Shown: positions 1 through 12,287 of the stretch, piece by piece | Position numbering within the stretch: position 1 is the stretch's first letter | Layout: every line of letters begins with the position of its first letter | Source: Cyanophora paradoxa CCMP329 | Lineage: Eukaryota; Plantae; Glaucophyta | Assembly: GCA_004431415.1 (NCBI GenBank) | Contig: QPMI01000062.1 | Span: 530,339-594,338 of the forward strand | DNA length: 64,000 bases | Direction of reading: 5' to 3' | Translations under genes and position numbers: made by a program | Notes under the pieces: model-generated | The model's database searches: none | Told to the model about the DNA's origin: nothing | Seen by the model: the letters and a program-made list of their open reading frames with translations, nothing else

Positions 1-1167
1 CATTGGCCTGCAATTCGAGAAATTCGTCAGACCAAAACAAATTAGAGCTGACAAAACTGTCTCACGTTTGTTCGCTTCCAGGATGCCTGATCAGACGTTT
101 CGCCTGCATCTTCCGCGGTGAGCAGTGAGTCGCCTGCAACAATGATGCGAACGGTCTGTGATGCAAGGCTCTCCTGGCAAGCTTGATTTAGGAATCATGC
201 AACTCATCCGAACTTGCGGGGCGCTCACGCTGCTGGATCCCAGCTGGCCAGTGAAGTAATCCACAAGTAGTTGTGAGAGAAGAGGATTCCTGTCTTGCTC
301 GCCCACACGCAGGCCTGACACAAGGGCTGCAAAGGCGCCATCAGAACACGAAACACTCCCTGCTTCTAGGGTAATACTAACCGACATATTTGGGCTTCGG
401 GGACGCCGGAACCGCCGCAGGGACCTGGGCTGGGATGCCAGCAAAGCAGATGTCTTCCACCTGGAACTCTCCGCTGGCCAGGGCGCTCCCCATCAAAGCC
501 ACGATCACACCTGAACGCTTTCATCACGATCTGCTGGCTGAGACCACACACTCGCACACGCACCAGTTACGAGGGAGTCAATCTGCTCCTTCTGCATGAC
601 CAGCCGAACGCGGCCATACGCATCTTCGAGAATAGCGACGTCGTCCTTGTCCACAAAGTTCTTCTCCGATATCTGGAGCTCCGAAGCGAAGCGCTGCGCT
701 GGGCGTCGGAGAGCAGCCGCGCGTCGCGCGGTGGGTTGTCGCGTACATCCTTCTCGAGCTGCTTCAAGATGGATGGCTTCTGCGGCATTTCCTTGTACAT
801 TGTGCCTGTAAGAATGACGCGCTGGCCCTCCTTGATGTCCAGCGTGCGCGTCGCGATCTGCAGGTCTGGTGCGCAGTTGCACGTTCAGCGGCGGGCTGCG
901 CGAGCTGCAGGCGCGCGGGGCGGACCTTCAGATTGCCACTTCTTCTGCGCGGCATCGCGTACGAATCTCTCCAGCTTCTTCAGGCGCACGAAGTACAAGC
1001 TAGAGTACTGCTGCTGAAAAGCCTTCCTCTCCAGCACAAAGCGGGACGACACGTCGTGTCTGTGACGTCATCAGTCAGTCGTCTCTCGCTCAGGGGCCGA
1101 GGCCGCAGCGCCGCCCGCGCCGTACGCACGCCGCCGTCGACCGCGCCACCGCCACGTCCTCGACCAT
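1..1167 (-). CDS. POLD2: DNA polymerase delta small subunit (5' part; runs off window start)
   Basis: Spliced exons give MVEDVAVARST..QQYSSLYFVRL..ILTGTMYKEMPQKPSILKQLEK..DDVAILEDAYGRVRL..IDSLVTG..ALVSGLRVG..LLVDYFTGQLG, matching Pol31/POLD2 conserved blocks. Confidence 0.92.
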
Positions 1168-1248
1168 TGCGAGAGCGCGTGTCTAGCGCTCTATGTGCTC
1201 TAAACTAGCTCCGGCAGGCGCCGCCGCGCGCTGGAGTCGCTCAGGTGG

Positions 1249-1279
1249 TTGGCGCGCTGTGGAAAAAAGTCGATTTGAA
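1249..1279. promoter_or_regulatory. E2F-like (TTGGCGCG, 1249-1256) and CHR-like (TTTGAA, 1274-1279) motifs in the POLD2/securin divergent promoter
   Basis: Both motifs are seen directly in the 156-bp gap between two cell-cycle genes; function is inferred. Confidence 0.35.
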
Positions 1280-1323
1280 AAGGCCGTACAGTGTTTTCGC
1301 CGGGGTACTGTCTCACCGAACGG

Positions 1324-2078
1324 ATGGCTTCGGTGCTTCTGGCGAAGGAGAACGAGCGAGCTGTGCTGGGCGGGAGCTCCAAGGGCTTGGGGCTTCGCAG
1401 CGTCAACCAGCCCACCCCCGCCGAGCCCGGTGCGGAGATTCCACGCGTTCGTCTCGCGTAGGCAGACGGCTGACGCCCGGCCCTCGCAGCCCAAAAGAAA
1501 GTGCTTCAGGATGCATCCAAGCCTCGGAGAGCTCTCGGCGACATCACAAACAACAAGTCGGGCGGCGACAGCTCGAAATCAGTGAAGGGCCAGAAGCCGG
1601 CGGCGAAGCCCAGCAGACAAGTAGAGCCCTTCGTGGATGTGCCGCAGAAGCAGGCCGAAGAGGACTTTGAGATCCCGGACATGCCTCACCGGCACCCGCC
1701 GGGCCCGCCGCCGCTGCCGAACCTCACGCACCTAATCGGGCCGCTGGCTGAGTTCGTGGAGGCCCTTGAGAAGAAGAGGCCGATGCCGAAGATGCCTTAC
1801 GAGGTCGTGCCGGATCCACCTGAGTACAAGGAGATCGAGTATGCCGAGCTGGAGCCCGCGCCCGTCTTCAGCAGCCTGGATGATAACCCATCGCTGGGTG
1901 CGCTTTGCGCAGCACAGCGACCGCCGACGCGCTCTGAACCTCTCGCGCAGGTGCGCTTCAGCAGCGGATAGACGATTCGGCGGAGGACGACGAACTGGAT
2001 CGGGAACTGTTCCGGAAGACGATCCCCCTGGAGGAGCTGCTCATAGACGACTTCAGAGTCCCCGAAACTGATAACTAG
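1324..2078 (+). CDS. Securin-like APC/C substrate (KEN box + D box)
   Basis: Exons 1324-1429, 1490-1897 and 1951-2078 join in frame: MASVLLAKENE (KEN), RRALGDITN (D box), then acidic/Pro-rich FEIPDMP and KEIEY segments. Confidence 0.7.
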
Positions 2079-2246
2079 TAGCACACCTCGTGAAGCTCCA
2101 CTTCCCGCCCCATCTCCATAGTATCTAGGGGCATGTACGTAGGTTACTTATTCGATTCCGCTCTTTGCTGTTCTGCCTCCCATTGCGAATTTGCGATGCG
2201 CACGCGATCGTGTGGGCGTAGACGTAGTGGTTATTATCACAAGCGT

Positions 2247-5200
2247 CTATGTTCGCTTCTTGTCGCCGCTGGCAACGCCTGGCGGAGGGTTGGGGGTGAG
2301 GGTGAACGCGGAGCGGAGTGGAGCGACCAGGGGGGCCCTCGAGGCGGCCGGAGGCGCCGCGCCGGCGGGGTTCGAGGGGGCGGTGTTCTTGACGGGGGAG
2401 GGCCCCGCGCTGCGGGGCGTGGGGGCGAGCAGCGGGGAGGGCGGCATGGGCGGGGAGGCCCCCGAGGGGGTCATCGGGGCGGGCCCCGGCGGCTGAGAGG
2501 TGACGAGGGAGGCTAGCACGTGCAGCATGCTCTCCTTGCTGGACCTGCCGGCGGGAGCGAGCGGGGCCGTCAGCGGGCGCCCCGGGGCCGGCGGGCAGGT
2601 GGGGCGGCGCGCCAGTAGACGAAGTGGGAGTCGAGGAGGGAGAAGTAGGAGGTGTAGGCGTCGGGGGCCCCCTGAAGGGCGCCCGTCGGCCGCGCCGCGG
2701 GGCGGGCAGCGACGCGGGGAGCGCACCAGGGCGTAGTCGATGCGGAAGCCGCCCCAGGAGGGCGGGCGGGGCCGCGGGCGGGGGCCCCGCTGGGCCCCGC
2801 CCCGCCGGCGGAGGCGGGCGGGAGGGGCGACTCGCGGATGGGCAGGGCGTCCTCGGGCGGGTCCCACGGCGTCTCGCCCGCGGGTCGTGGGCGGAGGCGT
2901 CCGGCGGCGGCGGGGCGCTGCAGCGGCTGCCGGCCGACGCGTCGTCCTCCTCCGCGCCCTCCGCATCGCTCGAGGCCGACGACACGAGGATCGCGTCCGC
3001 GTCGTAGAACGGCGTGCACGCTGCCGCCCCCGTCGGCCGGGCGCGGCGGCCCGGGCAGCGGGAGCGGCGCGGGCGGCGGTCGCACCCTCGACCCTCCGCT
3101 CGCGCCAGGGTCGCTTCCTCAGCGTGCCGCTCGCCGCGGCGGTGGCGGCGGCGGCGGCCGACGCGGCGGCAGCGGCGGCGGAGGCGGCGGCGGAGGCGAA
3201 GAAAGAGCCGACGCGCTGCGCGATGCGGGAGTAGTCCATCCGGCCCTGCGGGCGGCCTCAGAGAGCGCGAAGATCCGAGAGGGTTGTCGGAGAAAGAGAG
3301 AGGGAGGAGCCCACCACGAGGCTCATGCGGGCCCAGTTCTCCTGCGCGGCGCGTGTGAGCGGGAGTGGAGTGGAGAAGAGGGGGGTCAGAGCGGACGACG
3401 GGGACGGGGGGCTCCTCGGTGAAGGAGGGGTCGACGAGGGGCTCCAGGCGGAACGCCTGCGGGGCGGGGCGCGGGGCGGGGCGGGCGTGAGGCCGGCGCG
3501 CCTCGACGAAGAAGCCGGCGGGCGGACGGGGCGGGGGGGCGGGGCGGACGACGCAGTCGTAGGGGTGGAAGATGTTGTGGAGGCGGAAGGGGAGGCGCTC
3601 GGCGTGGAAGGTCTCGCCCCGCAGCGAGAGGAAGACGCCGAGGGGGCAGCCGAGCAGGAAGAGGTGGGCGGGGGCGAAGTCCAGCCGGATCGAGTAGTCT
3701 GCCAGGTTCACGTACTCCGGGTCCACCTCTGCGGCGGCGGGTTCGAGGAAGCCGGGCGGGGGCGCGCAGGGGCCGCAGCACCGCCGGGGGCGAGGCCGGC
3801 GCCCGAGGGCCGCTGGTTCGTCAGGATGTCGTACCTGCGGCGGTCAGCGGGCGGCGGCGGGGCGCGGGGCGCGGGGCGGGCGCACGAGACGACGCCGCCG
3901 AGGGAGTGGGCGAGGACGGAGACCTTCCCCGAGAAGCGCGGGTTCGCCAGGATGAACTGCTTGTACCTGCCCGCCGCGTTCAGGCGGGGCGGCGCGAAGG
4001 GGCGGCGGGCGGCGCGGTGCGCGGCGGACGCACCGGTGGTTCAGCTGCGCGGCGACCTCCTCCTGCCCGGGCCGCGGGGCGCTCGGTCAACACTGGATGC
4101 GGAGCGTGAAGGGGCGGGGCGGGGGCGGACGAGGATGAACTTGTGGTAGCGGGGGGTGAGGAAGTAGCAGACGTCGAGGACCTTGTCGTTCAGGAAGGAG
4201 CGCAGCTTCGGCAGCGTCCCCGGCGTGATCGCCGCGATCCGCCTGCCCGACCCGCCCCGCTCAGCGACGGAGCGCGCGGGGCGGGCGCGGGGCGGGGGGG
4301 CGGACTCGTCGCAGCCCTGGATGCCGCGGAGGCTGCTGTGCCACTCGATCTCCGCGAACTCCACTCGGAAATCCACGTCGGGGAAAGCCTGCGGGCCGCG
4401 TCGGGACCTTCTAAGGCCGCTGGGGCGCGCTCGCTCCGGGGCCCCGCCCGCCGCACCCCGGTCATGACCGCCTCGCTGCTCCTGCGCAGCTCCTCCACTG
4501 CGGGAGCAGGTCGGGGGCGGGGCGGGCGGGGCGGGGGGAGGGGCGGGGCGGGGCGGACCGTGGTGGAGGAGGCGCGCGTGGTCGAGCTGGGAGCCGACGC
4601 CGTGCACGACCAGCACCAGGTGCTCCACGAACGCCCGCCCCTGCGCCCGGCCCGCGGCCCCCGAGCTCGCACCCGGGCTGCCCCGCGCGCCACTCAAGGC
4701 GACCCGCACCGGTGCCTGGGCGGGGCCGAGCATCGGGGAGCTCCCGAGGGGCGTGCTGGAGGGCGCCGGCGGGGCCAGGCTCGGCGCGAGCCCCGCCTCG
4801 GAGTCGTAGCGAGCCTCCGGCCTCTGCCCCCGCGCGCCTCGGCCGCGCGTCCAGGGGAGAAGGGCGCAGGATCCACCGAACCTGGTCGGGGGCCGCCGAG
4901 GCGGACAGGGACAGGGGCTTGGGCTGGGCGGGCTGGCCCTTCGGCCTGCGAACGCGGCGCGGATCGACGTCACGAGCGCGCGGGGAGCGGCGGGCGGGGT
5001 CGGCCGCACGCGAAGTACTTGGACGGGGGCCCATCTCGGACCGACTCGAGGATGAGGTCCCGGTTCCACTCCCGCCACTCGTCCTCCGACTCGGCCGCGA
5101 ACGTGAAGGTCTGCTCCGCTGCTGAGAGGCGCCAGCGGGCCCGCAAGAGACGAGGGCCGCCGGCTTCTCGAACCTTGCGCTTCTCCCTGTCGGTGACGAC

Positions 5201-5754
5201 AAAGACGTGCGCTCGTTTGTACCTGCGGGCCTGGCGTCAATCATCCGCGCCCGGACTGCTGGCCGGATGCCCGTCGCGCACACTAGTTCGTCCACCGCCA
5301 TCACAAAGGGGCACTGCGTAAAGAAACGATATTCAGCGTAGTCTTTTCAGCGAGCCTGCAGCCAGAAAGCGGCTGAGCGCGCCCCGGCTAGCCCCGAACA
5401 CGGAACGGCGCGGTCAAGTCAAGCGGCCCTCGGCGGCCCGGCGGCAGCCGTACGCGCGAACCTCGTCCAAGGCTATGATCTGCTCGGCGAGGCCGCGGAG
5501 GTCCTGCGTCCCTGGAAAGACGAACAAGCTTTTGTTCTTCAGGACGACGTGGACGCGTCTCCACCCGCGCCTCGAGCGCATCGCCAGAGGGCCTAGTAGC
5601 CGTGAGCGCATATCAACAGATTCTGAGAGCGCACGCACCCTCGCGTAGCGGGCTGGCCACGGCCCTGAGCACATCCGCCTGCAGGATGGCCGGCTGCGGC
5701 GCGCGTCGGAATACGGCGTTGCGCGCGGCCTGCCGTGCTCACCAGGGCCGTCAT
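2247..5754 (-). CDS. DDHD-family intracellular phospholipase A1 with N-terminal PH domain
   Basis: PH-like REGPLAMRSRRGWRRVHVVLKNKSLFVF; HLVLVVHGVG; IEWHSSL; LRSFLNDKVLDVCYF; lipase motif VLAHSLGG; DDHD blocks LFLLGCPLGVF, NIFHPYD, FRLEPL, RIDYAL, SHFVYW. Many introns. Confidence 0.85.
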
Positions 5755-5951
5755 CGCGCTTGCTTCGGCCGCGGGCCCGTCTGAGCTCAGAGCTCTGAGC
5801 TCAGAGCTCGCCCGGCCCGGGTACGCGAAAACGAGCTCGCTCAAACGCCAGCCGCCTCGCAGACGCTCGAAAGGCAGCCTGAAGCAATCTAGGAGGCTAG
5901 GCCAGCCGGTTGCTGTCAGTTCTCCCTCTTGCGGGAGCCCCAGCAGCACAG

Positions 5952-8688
5952 ATGGCGTCCTCCGTGGCCGGCGTCGGCAACTGGCAGCCGGGCATGCGCG
6001 TGCCGGATGGCCAGTACACTAAGGTCATATACTCGCTGATTCGCGACCGAAAGTACCAGGAGGTTATCGATGTCCTGACCTACGAGATGCAAAACTTCCC
6101 CAAGAGCCGGGCGGCACTCTCCCTGCTGGCCTACTGCTACTACATGACGCAAGAGTTCCAGTCTGCCGCTCAGCTGTGCGCAATTCTCGTCGCTCCGCGG
6201 CCCGCCGCGCCTCCAGCTAAAAGCGGCCGCCCCGGCTGCGCAGCTACGAGCAGCTGGTGCGGGCGTATCCTGAGGTGGAGGAATACAAGATCTACCACGC
6301 GCAGTCCCTCTTTAAGGCGTCGCAGTACCCTGAGGCCCTGCGGTCGTGCTTGCAGGTGGACTCGCAACAGTATCAGCAGCGGGTGCGCCGCGCAGCTGGG
6401 CCGGAGCCCGGCCGACCGCCGTTCGCGCCGAGGGCTTCCATCTGACGCGGCATTTGGCGCAGATGGTCATGCTGCAGGCCTACATCAAGTACGAGCAGGA
6501 CGATTTGGCGGGCGCGAAGCAGATGCTGGCGAAGAGCTTCACGGACGACCCCGACGCGCTCATCCTCAACGCGTGCACGATGTACAAGGCGCGCCGCTGC
6601 GGGGCGCCGCCGCCGCGTGGGCGCGCGGCCGCGGTCTCACGCGGCGGGGCGGGGGCGCAGGAGGGGCAGCACGATGAGGCGCGCCAGAAGTTCGTGGAGG
6701 CGATGAACACGCTGGGGTACCAGCCGGACATGGCGTACAACATCTGCCTCTGCTACTACAGGCTCAAGGCCTACGGTCCGGCGCTCAAGCACATCGCCGA
6801 GATCATCGAGCGGGGAGTCCGGGAGCACCCGGGTAGGCGGAAGCCCCGCGCGGGGCCGGGACGGGGCGCTGAAGGCGGGCGCAGAGCTCAGCGTGGGGAG
6901 CAACACGGACGGGATCGAGGTGCGGAGCGTGGGGAACAGCGCGGTGCTGAAGGAGACGGCCCTCGTGGAGGCCTTCAACCTCAAGGCCGCCATCGAGTAC
7001 GTCATGAAGAACTGTGCGTGGCGCCCTCCCATCCCGCCCCGCCCCGCCCCGCCCTGCACCGCCGCCCGCTGACGCGGGGCGGCAGACGACGCGGCGAAGG
7101 AGGCGCTGAGCGACATGCCGCCGCGAGGGGAGGAGGAGCTCGACCCCGTCACCCTCCACAACCAGGCCCTCAGTGCGCCCCGGCCGCCCGCCCCGCCGCT
7201 GGCCGCCGCTGACGCGGGCGCAGTGCACATGGACGCGTCGCCGAGCGACGGGTTCAGGAAGCTGAACTTCCTGCTGAGCAACCCGCCGTTCCCGCCGGAG
7301 ACCTTCGCGAACATCCTGCTGCTGTACTGCAAGAACCGGCTGTACGACCTGGCGGCGGACATCCTGGCGGAGAACTCGCAGTACACGTTCAAGTACCTGG
7401 ACCAGGACCTCTACGACTACCTGGACGCCACCATCATGCAGCAGACCAGCCCCGAGGAGGCCTTCCGCAAGGTGCCCCCGCCCCGCCCCGCCCGGAGCCG
7501 CTCCGCGCCGTGGCGTTGGCGTGGGCCGACGCGGGGCCGCCCGGCAGTTCGACGACATGGCGAACAAGCACACGGAGACGCTGCGGAAGCTGACGAAGCA
7601 GATCCAGGACGCGCGCCTCGCCCGCAACAACGACGCCATCAAGAAGGCCTTCATGGAGTACGACGAGGCCCTCGAGCGGTGCGCCGGGGGTTCGGGCGTG
7701 GCCCGCCCGCTCGGGTGGGCGGTGCGCTGAGGGCGGCCCCCCGTCCTCGCAGGTACATCCCGGTGCTGATGGCGATGGCGCGGATCTACTGGGACCTGGA
7801 CAACTACGGGATGGTGGAGAAGATCTTCCGGCAGTCGGCCGAGTTCTGCTCGGAGCACGACACGTGGAAGCTGAACGTGGCGCACGTCTTCTTCATGCAG
7901 GAGACCAAGTTCATCGAGGCGATCCGCTACTACGAGCCGATCGTGAAGAAGCACAGCGAGGCGCAGCAGCTGCTCGCCGTCCCCGCCATCGTCGTCGCGA
8001 ACCTCTGCGTCTCCTACATCATGACGAGCCAGAACGAGGAGGCCGAGGACCTCATGCGCAAGCTCGAGAAGGAGGAGGAGAAGGTCGCCTACCAGGTGCC
8101 GCCCGGTCCCGCCCCGCCGCGCCCCGCGCCCCGCGCCCCGCCCCCTCCCCCCAGCCGCCCAGCTCACGCCCCGCCGGCAGGACCCGGAGAAGCAGGTGTA
8201 CCACCTGTGCATCGTGAACCTGGTGATCGGGACGCTGTATTGCGCCAAGGGCAACTTCGAGTTCGGCATCTCGCGCATCATCAAGTCCCTCGAGCCGTAC
8301 AACAAGAAGCTCAGCACGGACACGTGGTACTACGCCAAGCGCTGCTTCCTCGCCCTCATCGAGATCCTCGCCAAGCACATGATCATGCTCAAGGCGCGGC
8401 CCCCGCCCGCCCCCGCCGCACCCCCGGCCCCTGCTCGGGCGGGGTTCTCACGCGTACCCCCCGCAGGACGCGACGTTCCACGAGATCCTGGGCTTCTTGG
8501 ACGCGGCGGACACGCACGGGAAGAACGTGCTCACGACGCTGAACCCGCTTGAGAAGGACATCGCGACGGGCCGCAACAACGTCTCCTACGAGGCCCGCCT
8601 CCTCAAGAAGATGTCCGCCCGCCCTCCCCCCTCGCCGAAGGGCCAGTTGCTCACGCCCCCGCGCAGGTTCCTTCGGTTACGAGACTAG
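5952..8688 (+). CDS. TTC30: Intraflagellar transport protein IFT70 / TTC30 (fleer/DYF-1)
   Basis: DGQYTKVIYSLIRD, SRAALSLLAYCYY, IIERGVREHPEL, EAFNLKAAIEY, DMPPRGEEELDPVTLHNQAL, PFPPETFANILLLYCK, HLCIVNLVIGTLYCAKGNFEFGISRIIKSLEPYNKKL. Confidence 0.97.
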
Positions 8689-8820
8689 AGCGGCAGCGTA
8701 GCATATCTAGCAGTAGTAGGCCTAGGCCTAGAGCTAGTCCTAGTCGTTAGTGTACACTAATGTAGGAACAGGATCCGGCCGCGGAAGCCAAAGAAACGTC
8801 AACGGTCTGACTGCTTCTAC

Positions 8821-8904
8821 ATGCCCCCGTGGCCGCGTACTTGGCCATGGCCCAGTGGTACCAGCACTGAGAGGTAAGCGAAAGCTACGAGCGGGGCGGT
8901 GCAT
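8821..8904 (+). other. Candidate multi-hairpin structured element between convergent TTC30 and THI4
   Basis: Stems 8827-8834/8843-8850, 8853-8857/8865-8869 and a GAAA-capped stem 8874-8888, closed by GCCC/GGGC. No family recognised. Confidence 0.25.
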
Positions 8905-9092
8905 CGAGCTCATCGATATCATCCCATCCCAGACAAGCACGCGTGCATGCACGGCAGCTCGAGACGTGATCTAAACAATGTTACAATTTTTGTTACGACA
9001 AAACCAGCCCGCGAGTTCCTCGGAACCGCATTTCAAAAATTACAGGATCGAGCCCGAGGATCGACGAGGGCGCTCCAAGAAGAAGGGCCGCT

Positions 9093-10359
<1,267 letters not shown>

Positions 10360-10841
10360 GGTGGCGGTCGGAGAACTAGGTCGTTGGCGATAACCTCGAC
10401 TGGCGTCGTACCCGGGCAGTTCTGGGGTACGTCGCCCAAAATCAACTCCCCCTGAGGCAGTACCTGGCGGTGAGCGCCGCGCACCCGCGTCTCGCGCGCG
10501 CACGGCTCGTCCCATCCGTGTGCGGCCGCTGAGCCCCCGATCGCAGGAGCTCGCAAGCTCGTCACTTGCGTCAACCCCGTCTCAGCGCTCCACCGCGCGC
10601 TCCTCCGGATCCACACGCGACTCGGGGATAAGTCGAACTCCTCGCTGGTCGCGCCCTGAAACTCGGACCCGCGTGCGCCAGACCCACTTGGGTGCGCCGG
10701 TCGGATTGATCGCCTCTCACCGCCGCGCCATTTACCTTCTTCGTTCGAACTACCAGCTCGTACGCCGGCTGCGCGTCCCGCCGCAATCCGGTCAAACGCG
10801 ATCTGGACGATTGGCCGAAGCAGTCTCCGAGAAGGACGACG

Positions 10842-11168
10842 ATGAACTGCTCGGCGCCCGGCCCAGTGATGTCTTACGCGTACGGCGCGTTCTTTCTGCC
10901 GGCCCAAAGCTGGACGTCCGATCAGTTGTGGCAAGACCCCTTCAAAGCGGAGGCCTTCAGCGTCTCGCAGACGACCACGCCGCTGCAGCTGTCGCGGGCG
11001 GAGAGCGCCGCGCGGCGGCAAGCCATTATAGAGGAGGTCGCGGCGCGGCGACAGGAGGTCTCCCAGTGGCTCGCCGAGCAGGAGGCCGCGTGGATGGACG
11101 GCATCGAGCCGCAGGACACCATCAATGCAGACGCAGTTGCAGCACTTTCGACTGATGCGTGTAGATAG
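10842..11168 (+). CDS. Small intronless hypothetical protein (108 aa)
   Basis: Protein-like composition with a helical segment (AARRQAIIEEVAARRQEVSQWLAEQEAAW), followed by an AT-rich 3' region; divergent from THI4. Confidence 0.55.
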   Translation: MNCSAPGPVMSYAYGAFFLPAQSWTSDQLWQDPFKAEAFSVSQTTTPLQLSRAESAARRQAIIEEVAARRQEVSQWLAEQEAAWMDGIEPQDTINADAVAALSTDACR

Positions 11169-12101
11169 ACTCTAAACTGAGATTTTCCTCGGTCACTCTG
11201 AGATATTCCTCGGTAGCATACTTGTACACTACAATTTTGTTCGTTTTTTTGTTTCGATTCGAAACTTTCCATCTCAGTCTCAAGCTCGAGATCTAGACCT
11301 GGACCGAGGCGGCGGCGGGGATCCCCATGGGTCTGCGGGCCGGGGGCTGTGACTCAGTGAGCCTCAGCAACTGCGGGTCCCGGGTTTCAAATTAATGTTC
11401 TCCCGGTTAATCGTTGCGACTTCTGAGCTCGAGTGAATCTCATGGACTGCTACGGGCCAAGCTGCCGGACCCTCCTCAGGGCCTGGCCCAGTCGGAGTCT
11501 CACCCCCGTCTCTCCGGCCACTGCAGCTGGCCGCCGCAGCGCGGGCCCGCACCCCGGGCCCCTCGAGCTCGAGCCTCGGGGCACCCGCGGCCCCCGGCGG
11601 CCCGGCGGCCGGGCCGTACCGTAGTACGCCTGCTGCCAGTACTCAGTGACTAGTGTGGAAAAATCGATATCTTGATTCTGACCTTCGAATTAAATGCGGC
11701 AAGCATTGAAGCTTTCTACTACTACTAGGCTAGGCTAAATTAAAGCTAACCGTCACGGCGTTGAACATACTAATTATAAGTTACTAAAGCTACTAACTAG
11801 TAAGCTTCAAACTTCAAGGCTTGAAAATGCCGCACTGCGGCAGCCGCTGAGCTCGAGCCGCTGAGCTGCGAAGTGCCACGATGACGAGCCGCCGCCGCAC
11901 TGCGCGGCAAGCTCGGAGCTCTCATGATCAGGCTCGAGACGGACTCCTGGGCCGCCGGGCATCGTGGGCATCATGCATCGTTTAGTTGTTTCCCGAATTT
12001 TCCGAACTTTGAAAGTTTGCTATTGAAATTGAGGTTCAAGGTAAATTCAACTGGAAAAGGCCGAGAGGGGGAAAGGCGCGCGGCTCGCAGTGGCGCCGAA
12101 G

Positions 12102-12256
12102 CTAGGGCCTTGGCGCCGGGGCCGCGGGCTTGGGCCGGCGCCAGGCGGAGAAGCGCTCCACGGTCCCGAGCACGTCGTCCTTCCGCACCGGCCTGCGGGG
12201 CGGGGCAGGTCAGAGCGGGCCGCGGGGCGGGGCGGGGCGGCGCGCTTGGCGAGGAG

Positions 12257-12287
<31 letters not shown>

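Noticed and set aside
8860-8900. Hammerhead ribozyme or TPP aptamer at CTGAGAG..GAAA
   Set aside because: The core is not CUGANGA followed by GAAA and NUH, and it lies on the opposite strand to THI4.
10540-10740. TPP riboswitch upstream of or within THI4 (CTGAGA on the minus strand near 10580-10585)
   Set aside because: No following P2 partner, CCUGA or UAAU..GCG elements; THI4 introns also lack them.
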